Of a DNA stretch of 64,000 nt, positions 38,924-49,171 are shown piece after piece. The notes beneath the pieces are model-generated. The model made no database searches and had not been told where the DNA came from. It saw only the letters and a list, made by a program, of their open reading frames with translations. Both the position numbers and the translations under genes were made by a program. Numbering within the stretch: the first letter of the stretch is position 1; the number at the start of each line of letters is the position of its first letter. The stretch comes from a virus (lineage: Duplodnaviria; Heunggongvirae; Uroviricota; Caudoviricetes), in IMG/VR virus record IMGVR_UViG_3300028832_000119, positions 8,924 through 72,923 of that record; one strand, written 5' to 3'.

Positions 38924-39370
38924 ATGATTACAGAAGATTACGTTAGTTTTGAAACAGCAAAGCTATTGAAGGAGAAAGGATTTGATGAAAGATGTTTTGC
39001 TTTCTATTACATCATGCCTCATAAGACTGCAATCACTTACAATACTGATTTCCCAACTAATAGTGATTTGGAGTTAATATACAAATACAAGGAGTTTGGT
39101 TCATTGCCTACTCTCCAGATGGCAATGAAGTGGTTGAGAGAAGTGCATAAGTGTTATATTACATTTACGTGGGAATTTAAAGAATATGATAATAATTATA
39201 AACCTATATATAAAGATATTACTTGGTCTTTTAATATAGCTATTCCAAAGTATAATAGCGCAAGAAAAGGTGATGGTAGTTATTTTGATTTAGATTCTGA
39301 TAAAGAATATGATTCTTATGAACAAGCCTGTGAAGTAGCATTAAAGTATTGTCTTGAAAATTTAATTTAA
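38924..39370 (+). CDS. hypothetical protein (148 aa)
   Basis: ORF. Confidence 0.45.
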   Translation: MITEDYVSFETAKLLKEKGFDERCFAFYYIMPHKTAITYNTDFPTNSDLELIYKYKEFGSLPTLQMAMKWLREVHKCYITFTWEFKEYDNNYKPIYKDITWSFNIAIPKYNSARKGDGSYFDLDSDKEYDSYEQACEVALKYCLENLI

Positions 39371-39376
39371 ATAACT

Positions 39377-39745
39377 ATGGCAACAATTAAAAGTTATACT
39401 ACTGTGGAGCAAAGTCGTAAGCTGGCAGAGATACTGCCGCTTGAAAGCGCAGATATGAAGTGGTATTTTTGGAAATCTGAAATAGACGCACCTAAACTCC
39501 CTACTTTTGGATATAGTAAAGATGCTGCTGAAAATTATAAATCTACAGAGGCTGTTTATCTGCCTTGTTGGAGTCTTGCAGCATTGCTTGGTGTTTTGCC
39601 AAAAGGATATTCTCTTGGTGCTAGAACAAATAGAAAATATTATGTTTGTATGACTCACATAAACCATAATGTATCCGAATTTGACAATCCAGTTGATGCT
39701 TGCTACGAAATGATACTGAAGTTACATGAACTTAAAATGTTGTAA
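39377..39745 (+). CDS. hypothetical protein (122 aa)
   Basis: ORF. Confidence 0.45.
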   Translation: MATIKSYTTVEQSRKLAEILPLESADMKWYFWKSEIDAPKLPTFGYSKDAAENYKSTEAVYLPCWSLAALLGVLPKGYSLGARTNRKYYVCMTHINHNVSEFDNPVDACYEMILKLHELKML

Positions 39746-39877
39746 TTATGACCAAAAAACAACTCGTAGAACTATGGAATAGTCTTGATGATGATACAGA
39801 GATAGAATTTCCTTGTGCGTCGTATAAGAAAGATGGGAAATTTAAAAAGATTATTATAATTACAGATTGTTAGAATT

Positions 39878-40660
39878 ATGAAAGAATTATCAATAGAAGA
39901 AAAAGCTAAAGCGTATGATGAAGCTTTGGAAAAAGCAAAAAATTATCATTCTCCAGAAACTGCATGTAATGTAAGAATTGCTATGGAGAATCTTTTCCCC
40001 GAACTCAAAGAGTCCGAGGATGAGAGGATAAGGAGAGAGATTATTGATTTTCTAAGAATCTCAGCAAATACATTCAATGCCGATTATGATAATTGGATTG
40101 CTTGGCTTGAAAAGCAAGGTGAGTGTCACATTAGTCATGACGATAAAATTATGATTAAGCAACTTACTGAATATTTTACCACAGGTCATGGATTACAGAA
40201 TACTAATGGAACTGTTGTAGAATGGCTTAATGATGTTAAGGAAAAGCTTGAAAAGCAAGGGGAGCAGAAGCCTGCAACGATGTCTCTTGATGAAGCCATT
40301 AAACATTGTAAGGAAAAATCTTGCGGTAATAATGCTTGTGCTTTAGAACACAAGCAACTTGAAAAGTGGCTGATTGAACTAAAGGAACTAAAAGAGCAGA
40401 AACCTGCTGAGTGGAGCGAAGAGGATAGAGAAATGAGGTTAAAGATACTCAGATATCTTTCTACTCGTTGTAACGTGAATGAGTATGAAGAAGCTGAAGA
40501 GTGGCTCAAATCTCTCAGACCCCAGAAACGTTGGAAGCCGAGTGACCGAGAACTTGGTGCAATACTTACGGCGATAGGTGATGAAAGACAAAAAGGCAGT
40601 GATGTAGCAAAAGAACTGCTAAATATTTATCAACATTTAAAGAAACTAAGGGAGAAATAA
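39878..40660 (+). CDS. hypothetical coiled-coil protein (260 aa)
   Basis: ORF. Confidence 0.5.
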   Translation: MKELSIEEKAKAYDEALEKAKNYHSPETACNVRIAMENLFPELKESEDERIRREIIDFLRISANTFNADYDNWIAWLEKQGECHISHDDKIMIKQLTEYFTTGHGLQNTNGTVVEWLNDVKEKLEKQGEQKPATMSLDEAIKHCKEKSCGNNACALEHKQLEKWLIELKELKEQKPAEWSEEDREMRLKILRYLSTRCNVNEYEEAEEWLKSLRPQKRWKPSDRELGAILTAIGDERQKGSDVAKELLNIYQHLKKLREK

Positions 40661-40663
40661 ATT

Positions 40664-40930
40664 ATGAAAGTAGACAAAGCGCCAGAAAAGATTATATTGT
40701 CAGCAGATAGAGATACAAAAGAATTGTATACTGAATGGGTTACAAGAGATTTAACTGATAATATAAAAATTGAGTACACTCGTACTGATGCCTTTATTGA
40801 AAAGGCGCAGTTGTTCTTAATTGATAAACTTAAGGAGATACCTATGGGTAGTGGCAAAATGAAAATCAAGGCCGAATGTTCACTTGACAAGTTTATCGAG
40901 GACTTCAAAAACTATATGGAAGGAGAGTAA
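40664..40930 (+). CDS. hypothetical protein (88 aa); N-terminal paralog of the next gene
   Basis: Shares MK(V/A)(D/N)(K/E)APEKI...EYTRT(D/N)AFIEKA with 40934..41398. Confidence 0.45.
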   Translation: MKVDKAPEKIILSADRDTKELYTEWVTRDLTDNIKIEYTRTDAFIEKAQLFLIDKLKEIPMGSGKMKIKAECSLDKFIEDFKNYMEGE

Positions 40931-40933
40931 GTT

Positions 40934-41398
40934 ATGAAAGCAAACGAAGCGCCAGAGAAGATTTATCTCTTTGAAAATTCTATAAATAATATACTTAGCT
41001 ATAGGGGATTATCATTATCTAAAAGGAGTGACGAGAATGATATTGAATATACCCGCACTAATGCTTTTATTGAGAAAGCATTGAAGTGGTACTGCCTTGA
41101 TTGCGAATGTAATGACAACTGTAAAGATACTAAATGTTTTTTCCATAATGCATATAAACGTTTTCTTGAAGGGGACAAAAATGCTTGTCCTCCAAAGTTC
41201 GTATGTACAATATTAAATCCAGACGGTAGTACATCTGACAACTGGCGTTATAGGCATTTTATAAGAAAAATGCAAGATGCCTTTATAAAGAAAGCGGTTG
41301 AATGGTTTGAACAAAACCAGCACATGTATAACACCTCTGAATGTTTAGGTGATAGGAAGGAGTTTATTGAAGACTTTAAAAAAGCAATGAAGCTATGA
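40934..41398 (+). CDS. hypothetical Cys-rich protein (154 aa)
   Basis: ORF with an N-terminus similar to the previous gene. Confidence 0.45.
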   Translation: MKANEAPEKIYLFENSINNILSYRGLSLSKRSDENDIEYTRTNAFIEKALKWYCLDCECNDNCKDTKCFFHNAYKRFLEGDKNACPPKFVCTILNPDGSTSDNWRYRHFIRKMQDAFIKKAVEWFEQNQHMYNTSECLGDRKEFIEDFKKAMKL

Positions 41399-41721
41399 CA
41401 AAATATCAGTTAGAACATACTCCAGGAGTCGATAAAGTGTTGACTTTTGGAAAATTTAAAGGTAAAACTATCTTGCAGGTCATTAATGAAAAACCTGCTT
41501 ATATAATATGGTGTATCAGAAATGTTGCAGGATTCTCTATTGACCCCATCTTAAGTAAAGAGCTATGTAAACAGTATGATGAACACTTCAGGAGATATAA
41601 TCTTGCCCAAGCTAATGGATATACTTCTGCTGATGTTAGAAGACTTATGGAGAAGCCTTACTGTATGCATGCTACTGAAGCTATGGATTATTTAGAGTAT
41701 GATGTACCCGAATGTTATTAA
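41395..41721 (+). CDS. hypothetical protein (108 aa)
   Basis: ORF with ATGA overlap. Confidence 0.45.
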   Translation: MTKYQLEHTPGVDKVLTFGKFKGKTILQVINEKPAYIIWCIRNVAGFSIDPILSKELCKQYDEHFRRYNLAQANGYTSADVRRLMEKPYCMHATEAMDYLEYDVPECY

Positions 41722-42080
41722 AAGAGTTTATAATTATGAAACTGATAGACAAAGACGCTTTAATAGCGGCGATAGAGAGATTAAAATCTATTCAACTATC
41801 TATATTTAGTAAAGGGGAAACCAAAGAGAGTTGTTGTGATTCTCTCACTTGTATATCGGTCTATAATGAAATCCTTTCTTTCCTTGACACCCTCGAAGTG
41901 AAAGAGGTGGACTTGGAAACAAGTATTGACGACTATATCAATTCGCACTTTACAGAAGGATGTGATGGCGGGATGAATAGCGATTGGTATAAAGTCATTG
42001 GAGGTGTTCATTATAAAGATTTGAAAGACATCGCCAAACATTTCTTTGAACTTGGACTTAAAGCACAGAAAGGAGAATAA
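41712..42080 (+). CDS. hypothetical protein (122 aa)
   Basis: ORF. Confidence 0.45.
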   Translation: MLLKEFIIMKLIDKDALIAAIERLKSIQLSIFSKGETKESCCDSLTCISVYNEILSFLDTLEVKEVDLETSIDDYINSHFTEGCDGGMNSDWYKVIGGVHYKDLKDIAKHFFELGLKAQKGE

Positions 42081-42082
42081 AT

Positions 42083-42391
42083 ATGAAAACAGGTATTGAA
42101 CTAATTGCTGAAGAAAGGCAGAGACAAATTGAGGTTGAGGGTTGGACAAAAGAGCATGATGCCGAACATAAAAATGACGAATTAGCAAAAGCAGCAATTT
42201 GCTATATTGACCCAAATGTTTATTATCATCAAGTTAATAGAACAGTAAGTTTTAGGATTCCAAACGAATTTTGGCCAGAACAGTGGGATATACGTTGGTT
42301 TAAACCAACAAATAGAATACGGGATCTTGTTAAAGCTGGAGCTCTTATTGCTGCTGAAATTGATAGACTACAAACACAAAAAGAAGAATAA
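42083..42391 (+). CDS. hypothetical protein (102 aa)
   Basis: ORF. Confidence 0.45.
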   Translation: MKTGIELIAEERQRQIEVEGWTKEHDAEHKNDELAKAAICYIDPNVYYHQVNRTVSFRIPNEFWPEQWDIRWFKPTNRIRDLVKAGALIAAEIDRLQTQKEE

Positions 42392-42393
42392 AT

Positions 42394-42606
42394 ATGGTAG
42401 AAGTAATTGAAGAGAAAAAGGTACCTAAGGCTAGAATAACTTGTAGTAATTGTAAAAGTGTTTTGAGGTATGGTAATGCAGATTTACATAAAGATTATGA
42501 AGCAGATAAATCTAATATAACTGCTTGGACTACATTACATGGTCCAATGTGTTTTACATGTCCTGTATGTGGATGTAAAGTAAGTGCAGGCTGGATAATT
42601 AAATAA
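42394..42606 (+). CDS. zinc-ribbon protein (70 aa)
   Basis: CSNCKS...CPVCGC motifs. Confidence 0.45.
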   Translation: MVEVIEEKKVPKARITCSNCKSVLRYGNADLHKDYEADKSNITAWTTLHGPMCFTCPVCGCKVSAGWIIK

Positions 42607-42710
42607 ACTTAACAATATGATTATATTAGGAACAATTTTAGGTTTATTATTCTTATTAGGACTTATATTATTCATATACGGAATAGTTGTAGCTCCTATT
42701 ATTCCAGATG

Positions 42711-42857
42711 ATGACTTATAAACGTTATGAGTATTGGACTAATGAGGGAAAGAAATGGACTGAATGGTTTGAATGGGATTCAGATTTAAGACCAGAACTT
42801 CAACTCACAGATAGAAGAATAATTAGCAGATTAAAAAATGAATATAGAGAATTATGA
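42711..42857 (+). CDS. small Trp-rich hypothetical protein (48 aa)
   Basis: ATG 42711, MTYKRYEYWTNEGKKWTEWFEWDSD..., ends at TGA. Not in the ORF track. Confidence 0.3.
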   Translation: MTYKRYEYWTNEGKKWTEWFEWDSDLRPELQLTDRRIISRLKNEYREL

Positions 42858-43072
42858 TTAGAAGATTTGGAGTAGTATTCATCCTTTATCCTATTTTTAT
42901 ATTATGTTATTTACTGCATATTGTATTTGTAATAACATGTGCTGTATGGGGTCCAATATACTACATAATTACTGGACTTGATCCTCTAGAACAAGATATT
43001 ATATTCTTTTTTGTGAATTGTGCTTCAGATTTTTATGACTGGTATATAGATAAATTAGGACCAAATGGATAA
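42854..43072 (+). CDS. small membrane protein (72 aa)
   Basis: ORF with two hydrophobic helices. Confidence 0.4.
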   Translation: MIRRFGVVFILYPIFILCYLLHIVFVITCAVWGPIYYIITGLDPLEQDIIFFFVNCASDFYDWYIDKLGPNG

Positions 43073-43232
43073 AGATTATATTGAAGATGAAGAACAGTTT
43101 GAAACATTTTGTTCTGAACATAGAATTGGAAAAGATATAGAAAATCCTCCTTATGAGTATCCTTGTATTATAGTATATAGAGAGATAATGGGATGGTATG
43201 ACTATACTTTTGTATATTTAAGTGATTTTTAA

Positions 43233-43481
43233 ATGAACGCTAGAAAATATTTTTTAAATGAACATATTCTTCCACAAGCAGTAATTGGCTCCTATAATAT
43301 GGAAGCTAGTTTATATCCAGAACCATTTATTAGTCATAATGATTTAATTTATGGTTTACAGCTTAAAGTAAATGAAGCTGCTTGTGCAATACTTAATGCT
43401 CCTGATGAAAATGAAAAACATGAGTGTGAAGTTACTTGGAGAGTATTGTATAATTTGTTAACAGAAATTCAAAAGATATGA
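43233..43481 (+). CDS. hypothetical protein (82 aa)
   Basis: ORF. Confidence 0.4.
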   Translation: MNARKYFLNEHILPQAVIGSYNMEASLYPEPFISHNDLIYGLQLKVNEAACAILNAPDENEKHECEVTWRVLYNLLTEIQKI

Positions 43482-43593
43482 TTAATAATTTATTAATGGA
43501 ATTACCTACTGTTTCTGATTGGCCTTCTGCTATTGTAGGAGCTGCTTTAATTATAGCAGGAGCTTGGGTAATAGTAACATTTATTAAAAGATT

Positions 43594-43815
43594 ATGAAGA
43601 AAGTATTTGTTCAGATAGTTGATACCAAAACTGGTGGCTATCAATTTGAAATGATTCAAGAATCCGTTAAAAACGGAATGGAAGTGTTGAATGCGTTAAA
43701 GTATTTTGGTATCGGTGATGTAAACTGGACAAATACTAATGCTAATGATCTCTGGGAAGCCAAGTTTGGAATTATAGAAGGAACCAATAAAGTAATAACT
43801 ATTATTATTATTTAA
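43594..43815 (+). CDS. hypothetical protein (73 aa)
   Basis: ORF. Confidence 0.4.
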   Translation: MKKVFVQIVDTKTGGYQFEMIQESVKNGMEVLNALKYFGIGDVNWTNTNANDLWEAKFGIIEGTNKVITIIII

Positions 43816-43818
43816 TTC

Positions 43819-44049
43819 ATGAGAATAATAGAAAATCCAAATCCACTTGATGAAGAAATTATTGTATGCTCAGAATGTAAATGTAAATATGCATACAATA
43901 AAAATGATATTCATACAAAAAGTGGTAATAATGGAATATTAGGTCCAGGATTTATGAGTTGGTGTGATAGATGGGTTAATTGCCCTAATTGTGGAAAAAG
44001 ATATACAATTAAAAGTGATTACGGATTCGGATGTGAGAACTTGTATTGA
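43819..44049 (+). CDS. zinc-ribbon protein (76 aa)
   Basis: CSECKC...CPNCG motifs. Confidence 0.45.
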   Translation: MRIIENPNPLDEEIIVCSECKCKYAYNKNDIHTKSGNNGILGPGFMSWCDRWVNCPNCGKRYTIKSDYGFGCENLY

Positions 44050-44373
44050 TAAATCCTGGGAAGCTGGAAGGCAATCAATGCTTGATGATATTTGTAAATG
44101 TCTAGAAAATAATATTCCAGTTATTATCAAACAACTTAAAGAAAATCTCAATAATACATTTATTGTTGAGCAATCTGATTATTCTAAAGATAAAGAAATA
44201 ATTGAGGGTATTATTGAATATCTTGAATGCTGGAATGACTTCGATTCTGGAGATGAACCTTTTGAAGAATATTGTGCAAGATTCGAAAGATATATTAAGT
44301 TTATGAAAGAACTTTTAAATAGATTATATTCAAATGGAAAATAATGAATATTTAATTATTATTATAAATAATT

Positions 44374-45099
44374 ATGAAAGATTTTGAAAAAATTCCTGCA
44401 GAATGTTGTTATTATGTAAGAAGTAATCCTGGATTTCAATTTCTTGAAGGAAATAGAGATCCTATTAATCCCCATATAAGAGAAATTGCAAGGGCATTAA
44501 AGAAACATGAACATATTCCTGCTATTATGGTAGCAAGATATGAAGGGGAACTTTATATTGTAGATGGACAACATCGGTATCTTGCAGCATGTTCTTTATG
44601 GGATGAGGGTGAACCATATAAACTTCTTGTAGAAGAATATGATTCAGTTAATCCTTTTATGGATGCCATTAAATTCAATAACACAGCAATGGATTGGGAT
44701 ATGTCTACTTATCTAAGAGCTTTTGCTGCATGGAATTATCCTAATTTTAGAGAATTTTTAGAATGGATTAGTTCTAAAGAATGGAATCGTGATAAACTTC
44801 CATATACTTTAGGATTGGCTATGTTAGGGGTTAGAGGAAGAGATAAAATTAAACAAGGAGTACTTCAATTAGGTTCTTCTTTTAGAGAAGGGGATCGTCT
44901 TTATAATGAAATTAAAAACAGTTCTTGTTTTAATATTGTTCTCACAAATGAAGCCTCTGTAAAAGCTTTCTATAGGTTATATAATGGAAGTACTATAGGA
45001 CTCCATAGATTTATTGAAAGTTTTGAGGATAGAGAACATATCTATCCTCCAACAACTTCTAAAATTAAGGATTGGGTAGAATTTTTTGAAACTGTCTAA
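44374..45099 (+). CDS. ParB-like nuclease / DUF262-family protein (DGQHR motif)
   Basis: YIVDGQHRYLAA matches the ParB N-terminal/DUF262 signature. 241 aa. Confidence 0.5.
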   Translation: MKDFEKIPAECCYYVRSNPGFQFLEGNRDPINPHIREIARALKKHEHIPAIMVARYEGELYIVDGQHRYLAACSLWDEGEPYKLLVEEYDSVNPFMDAIKFNNTAMDWDMSTYLRAFAAWNYPNFREFLEWISSKEWNRDKLPYTLGLAMLGVRGRDKIKQGVLQLGSSFREGDRLYNEIKNSSCFNIVLTNEASVKAFYRLYNGSTIGLHRFIESFEDREHIYPPTTSKIKDWVEFFETV

Positions 45100-45107
45100 T
45101 ATTAGAT

Positions 45108-45278
45108 CAGGTTGTGTCCGACCAACCTTCTGAGGCGGTACGATTGGGTCAGCCGAAGCTAAGTTATCAGTAAACCGATCGGTGATTGGGGCAACCCTTA
45201 ACAAAATTGGGAAGAGTCAAAGGCATGACTGGAAATTATGCACAAGATTTGAGTGAGAGACTACCTCTCACTTATTTT
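45108..45278 (+). ncRNA. GC-rich structured noncoding segment ending in a rho-independent terminator
   Basis: ~55% GC island (aggttgtgtccgaccaacct hairpin etc.) in an AT-rich genome. Terminator gtgagagactacctctcac + TTATTTTT at 45252-45278. Confidence 0.3.
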
Positions 45279-45654
45279 TAAAACTTAATAATATGAAACT
45301 AAGAGTATTAAAAAAGAAGCATCCATCTAAATTAGAAAGGATATGGATTGAACACTATTTAGTATGGAAATCCTTAAAATGGTTAAATGAGGATTATCAA
45401 TCAATAAGACTTTATTATATGGAGTCTTGTAAAAAACATATTGGACTATGATAATAGATTTTAGTAAATATGATTGCTTTATAGCAGAATGTTATGAAGC
45501 AGAAGATGAATTTTGGAAAGGAATTTATGAAGATATTGAGTCTGATTATTGGATAAATGAAAATAAAAATAATTTTTGATTTTTTAACAACTATTAATAG
45601 TATTAACTGTTAATAGTAGATAGTTCAATTTTTTAACGTTAAAAATCAAAATTT

Positions 45655-47979
45655 ATGAATAAATTAGTTTCTAAAAACCCTATTTAGAGGTTTAAAGAGG
45701 GTAGAAAAATTGAAAAGTTTGAAACCGGAGGTTTTACATATAATGGAAAACATTATGTTGGTGGAGGAACTAAAATTGTTAATTGGCTAAAAAAATAGAT
45801 GATGCCGTTTGGAGCAATTCCTGTAAAATAGCAATCTTAGAAAACAAAAAGAACTGTTTATCCTTTATATAATTCAACTACTGGAGAAACAACTTATTAT
45901 AATTCTTTAGAAGAAAGGGAAGCTGCTAAACAAAATATAATTAATTCAAAAAATAATATTACAATAAATAATTCTGGAGTAATTCCTGGAGTTAATGATA
46001 TTGATACTCAAATGAGAATTAATCAATTACCTTCTGCAAAATTAAAAAAGCCTCTTAAGACTCAAGAATAGTGGAATACAGAGTTTCAAAATAACTTTAT
46101 TAATAATTTAACCCAGGATTAGAGATAGTATTTAGATTCTCAAGGAGTTAATTTTAATGATGTTAAAGCGGTACAAAAATTTATAGGTACCAATGATGAT
46201 GGAAAATGGGGAAGAAATTCTATAAATGCTTGGAATAAATTTATTTCTACAATTCCTTAGAACTTTTCTTAGACAAGAGAAGAACAATCTATGATGCAAG
46301 GAACAACTCCATATGTAGAAACCCCAATAACTCCTACTAAATATACTACAAATAATACTTATATGGATAAAACTCAATTTAGAGACAATATCAGAGGATT
46401 GGGTATTTAGAGTAATGCAGATTTAATTAATTGGATGCATTAGACTGGAGCTGAAGGATATGATTTTGGAGGAAATCAATGGGCTAAACAATTTAGAAAC
46501 GACGTTGATAGAGTTCTTGGAGGAGACTATTCTGATGCTAATATTAGAAAAACATTTAATACTGCTGGAAATTGGGGTAGAGGTTTTTTAGGTGGAGGAG
46601 ATTTAAGTGATTTCCAAAATGCAATGGCAACTAATGCTGGAGTATGGAATGGAATAGCTGATGCTGGAAAGTAGCCTACAATTCAATTTGATCGCTCAGC
46701 TACAAGAGAATGGTTAAGAAATAATGCTGGAGGCTCAGCATATGCATTTACTGGTGATTAGAGAAAAGCAGTAAGAAATATATTAAATGGCTAGGGAACA
46801 GACCAAGATAAAGAATTAATTAAAGGAAATGCTGATTTAGTAAAAGCATTAACAGGTTATTTTAAAACAGGAGGAAATATGATATTACCATCAAGAAATA
46901 TTGTTGAAAGATTTAAACAAGGAAAGAAAATAGAATATTTTTAGAATGGAGGAGTAAAAAGATTTAAAGTAAGTTATAAAACTAGAACTGGAGGAGATTG
47001 GCTTGAAAAATAGTTTAATACTTAGGAAGAAGTAAATGCTTTTAGAAAAAGACTTAGCCATGTTCCAGTTTTTAAAGTTGATGATATGAAAGGAGCTTCT
47101 AGGGGTTCTGTAGTAAAAGCTGATAGAACTAAAGGAAAAGATGCTGCTACAACTGCCTATGATAGATAGGAAGCTGAAAAAAATAACATGATGTCTTTTA
47201 AACAAGCTTATTCTCAAGCTAGAAAATCTGGAAATAAATATTTTGCTTATAAAGGAAAAGTATATAAATCTGATTTAGAAAATGGAAAAGATAATATGAC
47301 TGAAATGCAATAGCTTTATGGAACTCATTTAGGTTATTCATCCAATCCAAAATTACAAAATAAACAATCAAGAACAGCTAGAGAATAGTATAGAAAAGAT
47401 ACTAAAGCTACTAATACTAATAGAAATGCTAATTTCAAGGGAGAAACAAATTCTCAAGCAAATGCTAGGGCTGACAAAAATTTTGATAGAAAATTGGGAG
47501 TAAGTACATTAGCTCCAGATTTTATTGATGCAGTATCTCCTCAAACAGCTATTGGGAACTTTATGAATATGGCAGGCTCTGCTATAACCGGAGAACATTT
47601 TACTCCAAAAATTTATTAGAATGGATTTAATATCCCAGGATATGCTTCAGATTTAACTTAGAGTAAATATAAAGATTTAGCATTTAGAGGATTAGACGCT
47701 TATTTATCTTTGGGAGCTCCTGGTGCTAGAGTAAATATGACTCCTGGAGGTACTAATGTAACTGAAGGTGCTACAATATTACCTAATGGAACAAGAGAAT
47801 TTTCTAAATGGCATTTAAGATCTTTAGGACCTAATGCTACTAGACCTATGGAAGGAGTATTAAGAAGTTCTAGAGGCACTACTTATTATATTGATAATGG
47901 ACAATTTATGAAAAATTTAACTATTCCAGCATTAGTATCTAATCCAATTATTCAATAGATATAGAATTTAGAAAAATAA
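45655..47979 (+). CDS. large TAG-recoded protein (~775 aa, ~30 in-frame TAG) with a peptidoglycan-binding domain; probable virion/tail-associated protein
   Basis: ATG 45655 after an in-frame TAA. Single frame to TAA 47977-47979 with only TAG interruptions (e.g. caa TAG ctt tat gga at 47311). PG_binding_1-like motif VKAVQKFIGTNDDGKWGRNSINAWNKF. The TAA overlaps the next ATG (TAATG). Confidence 0.5.
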
Positions 47980-48206
47980 TGAAATATATTAAAGGAATAA
48001 TCTTATTCTTAACATTATTTATTTGTTGCAGTTGTTCCGATTTACAAGTAACAAATCCTGAGTATAGAATTCATTATACTTATGTAACAACTGTAGATTA
48101 TCATTATAATAGAAGATATATTCCTTATAGACATCATCGATTTCACGATGTTCCAAGGTATAGAACTCACTTGGAACATCGTGAATATCGATTTAACAAA
48201 TATTAA
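47979..48206 (+). CDS. His/Tyr/Arg-rich secreted or lipo-protein (75 aa)
   Basis: Signal-peptide-like MKYIKGIILFLTLFICCSCS. Confidence 0.4.
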   Translation: MKYIKGIILFLTLFICCSCSDLQVTNPEYRIHYTYVTTVDYHYNRRYIPYRHHRFHDVPRYRTHLEHREYRFNKY

Positions 48207-48390
48207 CTTTTGAATTTTAAAATTCATTAGTAAATTTATAATCCAATTTCAGTTGGAGATAATTGTTTTAATTTTAAAAATTTATGCTTATGAAACGTAT
48301 ATGAACACGTAACAAAGGTCCAGATTACAATCATTAATTAAAGAGTTTTTAGTAGATAGTTAAAAATAAATTAATTAAAATGATTGTATT

Positions 48391-48663
48391 ATGAAACCTA
48401 ATGTATTAAAATTTAAAGACGATATTAAAATTCAAGTAGCTCAACAAAAAGAGAAAGATTATTGTGATTGGTGGATGCATCCTGCATATTGTGCTTATTA
48501 CATTTTAAAACATGGAATAACAGACTTTGATAAATGTATTGAAGAAGATGTTAAACGTTCTTATAAAGCATTACCCGATGAATGGAGTAAAGATCACTTT
48601 AGAGAAAAAGTAATGAAATATCTTGCACAATATGAAGAACAACCTGTATGTACTGATAAGTAA
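48391..48663 (+). CDS. hypothetical protein (90 aa)
   Basis: ORF. Confidence 0.45.
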   Translation: MKPNVLKFKDDIKIQVAQQKEKDYCDWWMHPAYCAYYILKHGITDFDKCIEEDVKRSYKALPDEWSKDHFREKVMKYLAQYEEQPVCTDK

Positions 48664-48973
48664 TAAATTAGATCCAATTTATGGTGCAGTACAGGGAGGT
48701 CATGCAGTTGCTGAATGGTTATTAGTAAATGCTAATCTTAATAGAGAAAGTATAAAATGGGATTGGACTAATGACTATCTAATCTATCTGTCTGTAGATG
48801 TTGAACAATGGAAAAAAGATTTATGGAGATTTTCTCCTAATAAATATCAATGGACTTGGTTTGATGAACCAGATTTAAACAACCAAACCACTGCTATTGC
48901 AATTTATGAAAAAGATTTTCCCGGATTTATTCGTCGAAAATTAAAACAAGAAAAACTACTAACTGGGTTGTAA
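48623..48973 (+). CDS. hypothetical protein (116 aa; start uncertain)
   Basis: ORF overlapping the previous one. Confidence 0.35.
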   Translation: MHNMKNNLYVLISNKLDPIYGAVQGGHAVAEWLLVNANLNRESIKWDWTNDYLIYLSVDVEQWKKDLWRFSPNKYQWTWFDEPDLNNQTTAIAIYEKDFPGFIRRKLKQEKLLTGL

Positions 48974-48990
48974 TATACCCAGTTTTTTAA

Positions 48991-49063
48991 GCTCGTATAG
49001 TTCAATTGGCAGAACGGTGGTCCTCAAAACCAAATGTTGAGAGTTCGATCCTCTCTATGAGCA
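48991..49063 (+). tRNA. tRNA-Trp-like with apparent UCA anticodon (candidate opal/UGA-reading suppressor); C at position 33
   Basis: GCTCGTA/TATGAGC acceptor, GTTC-AATTGGCA-GAAC D-arm, TGGT-CCTCAAA-ACCA anticodon stem-loop (anticodon TCA at 49024-49026), ATGTT variable loop, GAGAG-TTCGATC-CTCTC T-arm. The body closely parallels the CCA-anticodon tRNA-Trp at 51545 and E. coli tRNA-Trp, except loop CCTCAAA versus CTCCAAA. Confidence 0.4.
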
Positions 49064-49171
49064 CTAAATAATAAATTGTTAATTTTTATTAAATTCATAA
49101 GTTTGAGTTTGAATTTTCAAACTTAAAAATATATTTATAGTACGAAGATTAAAACCCCTTCGTCTATTAAT

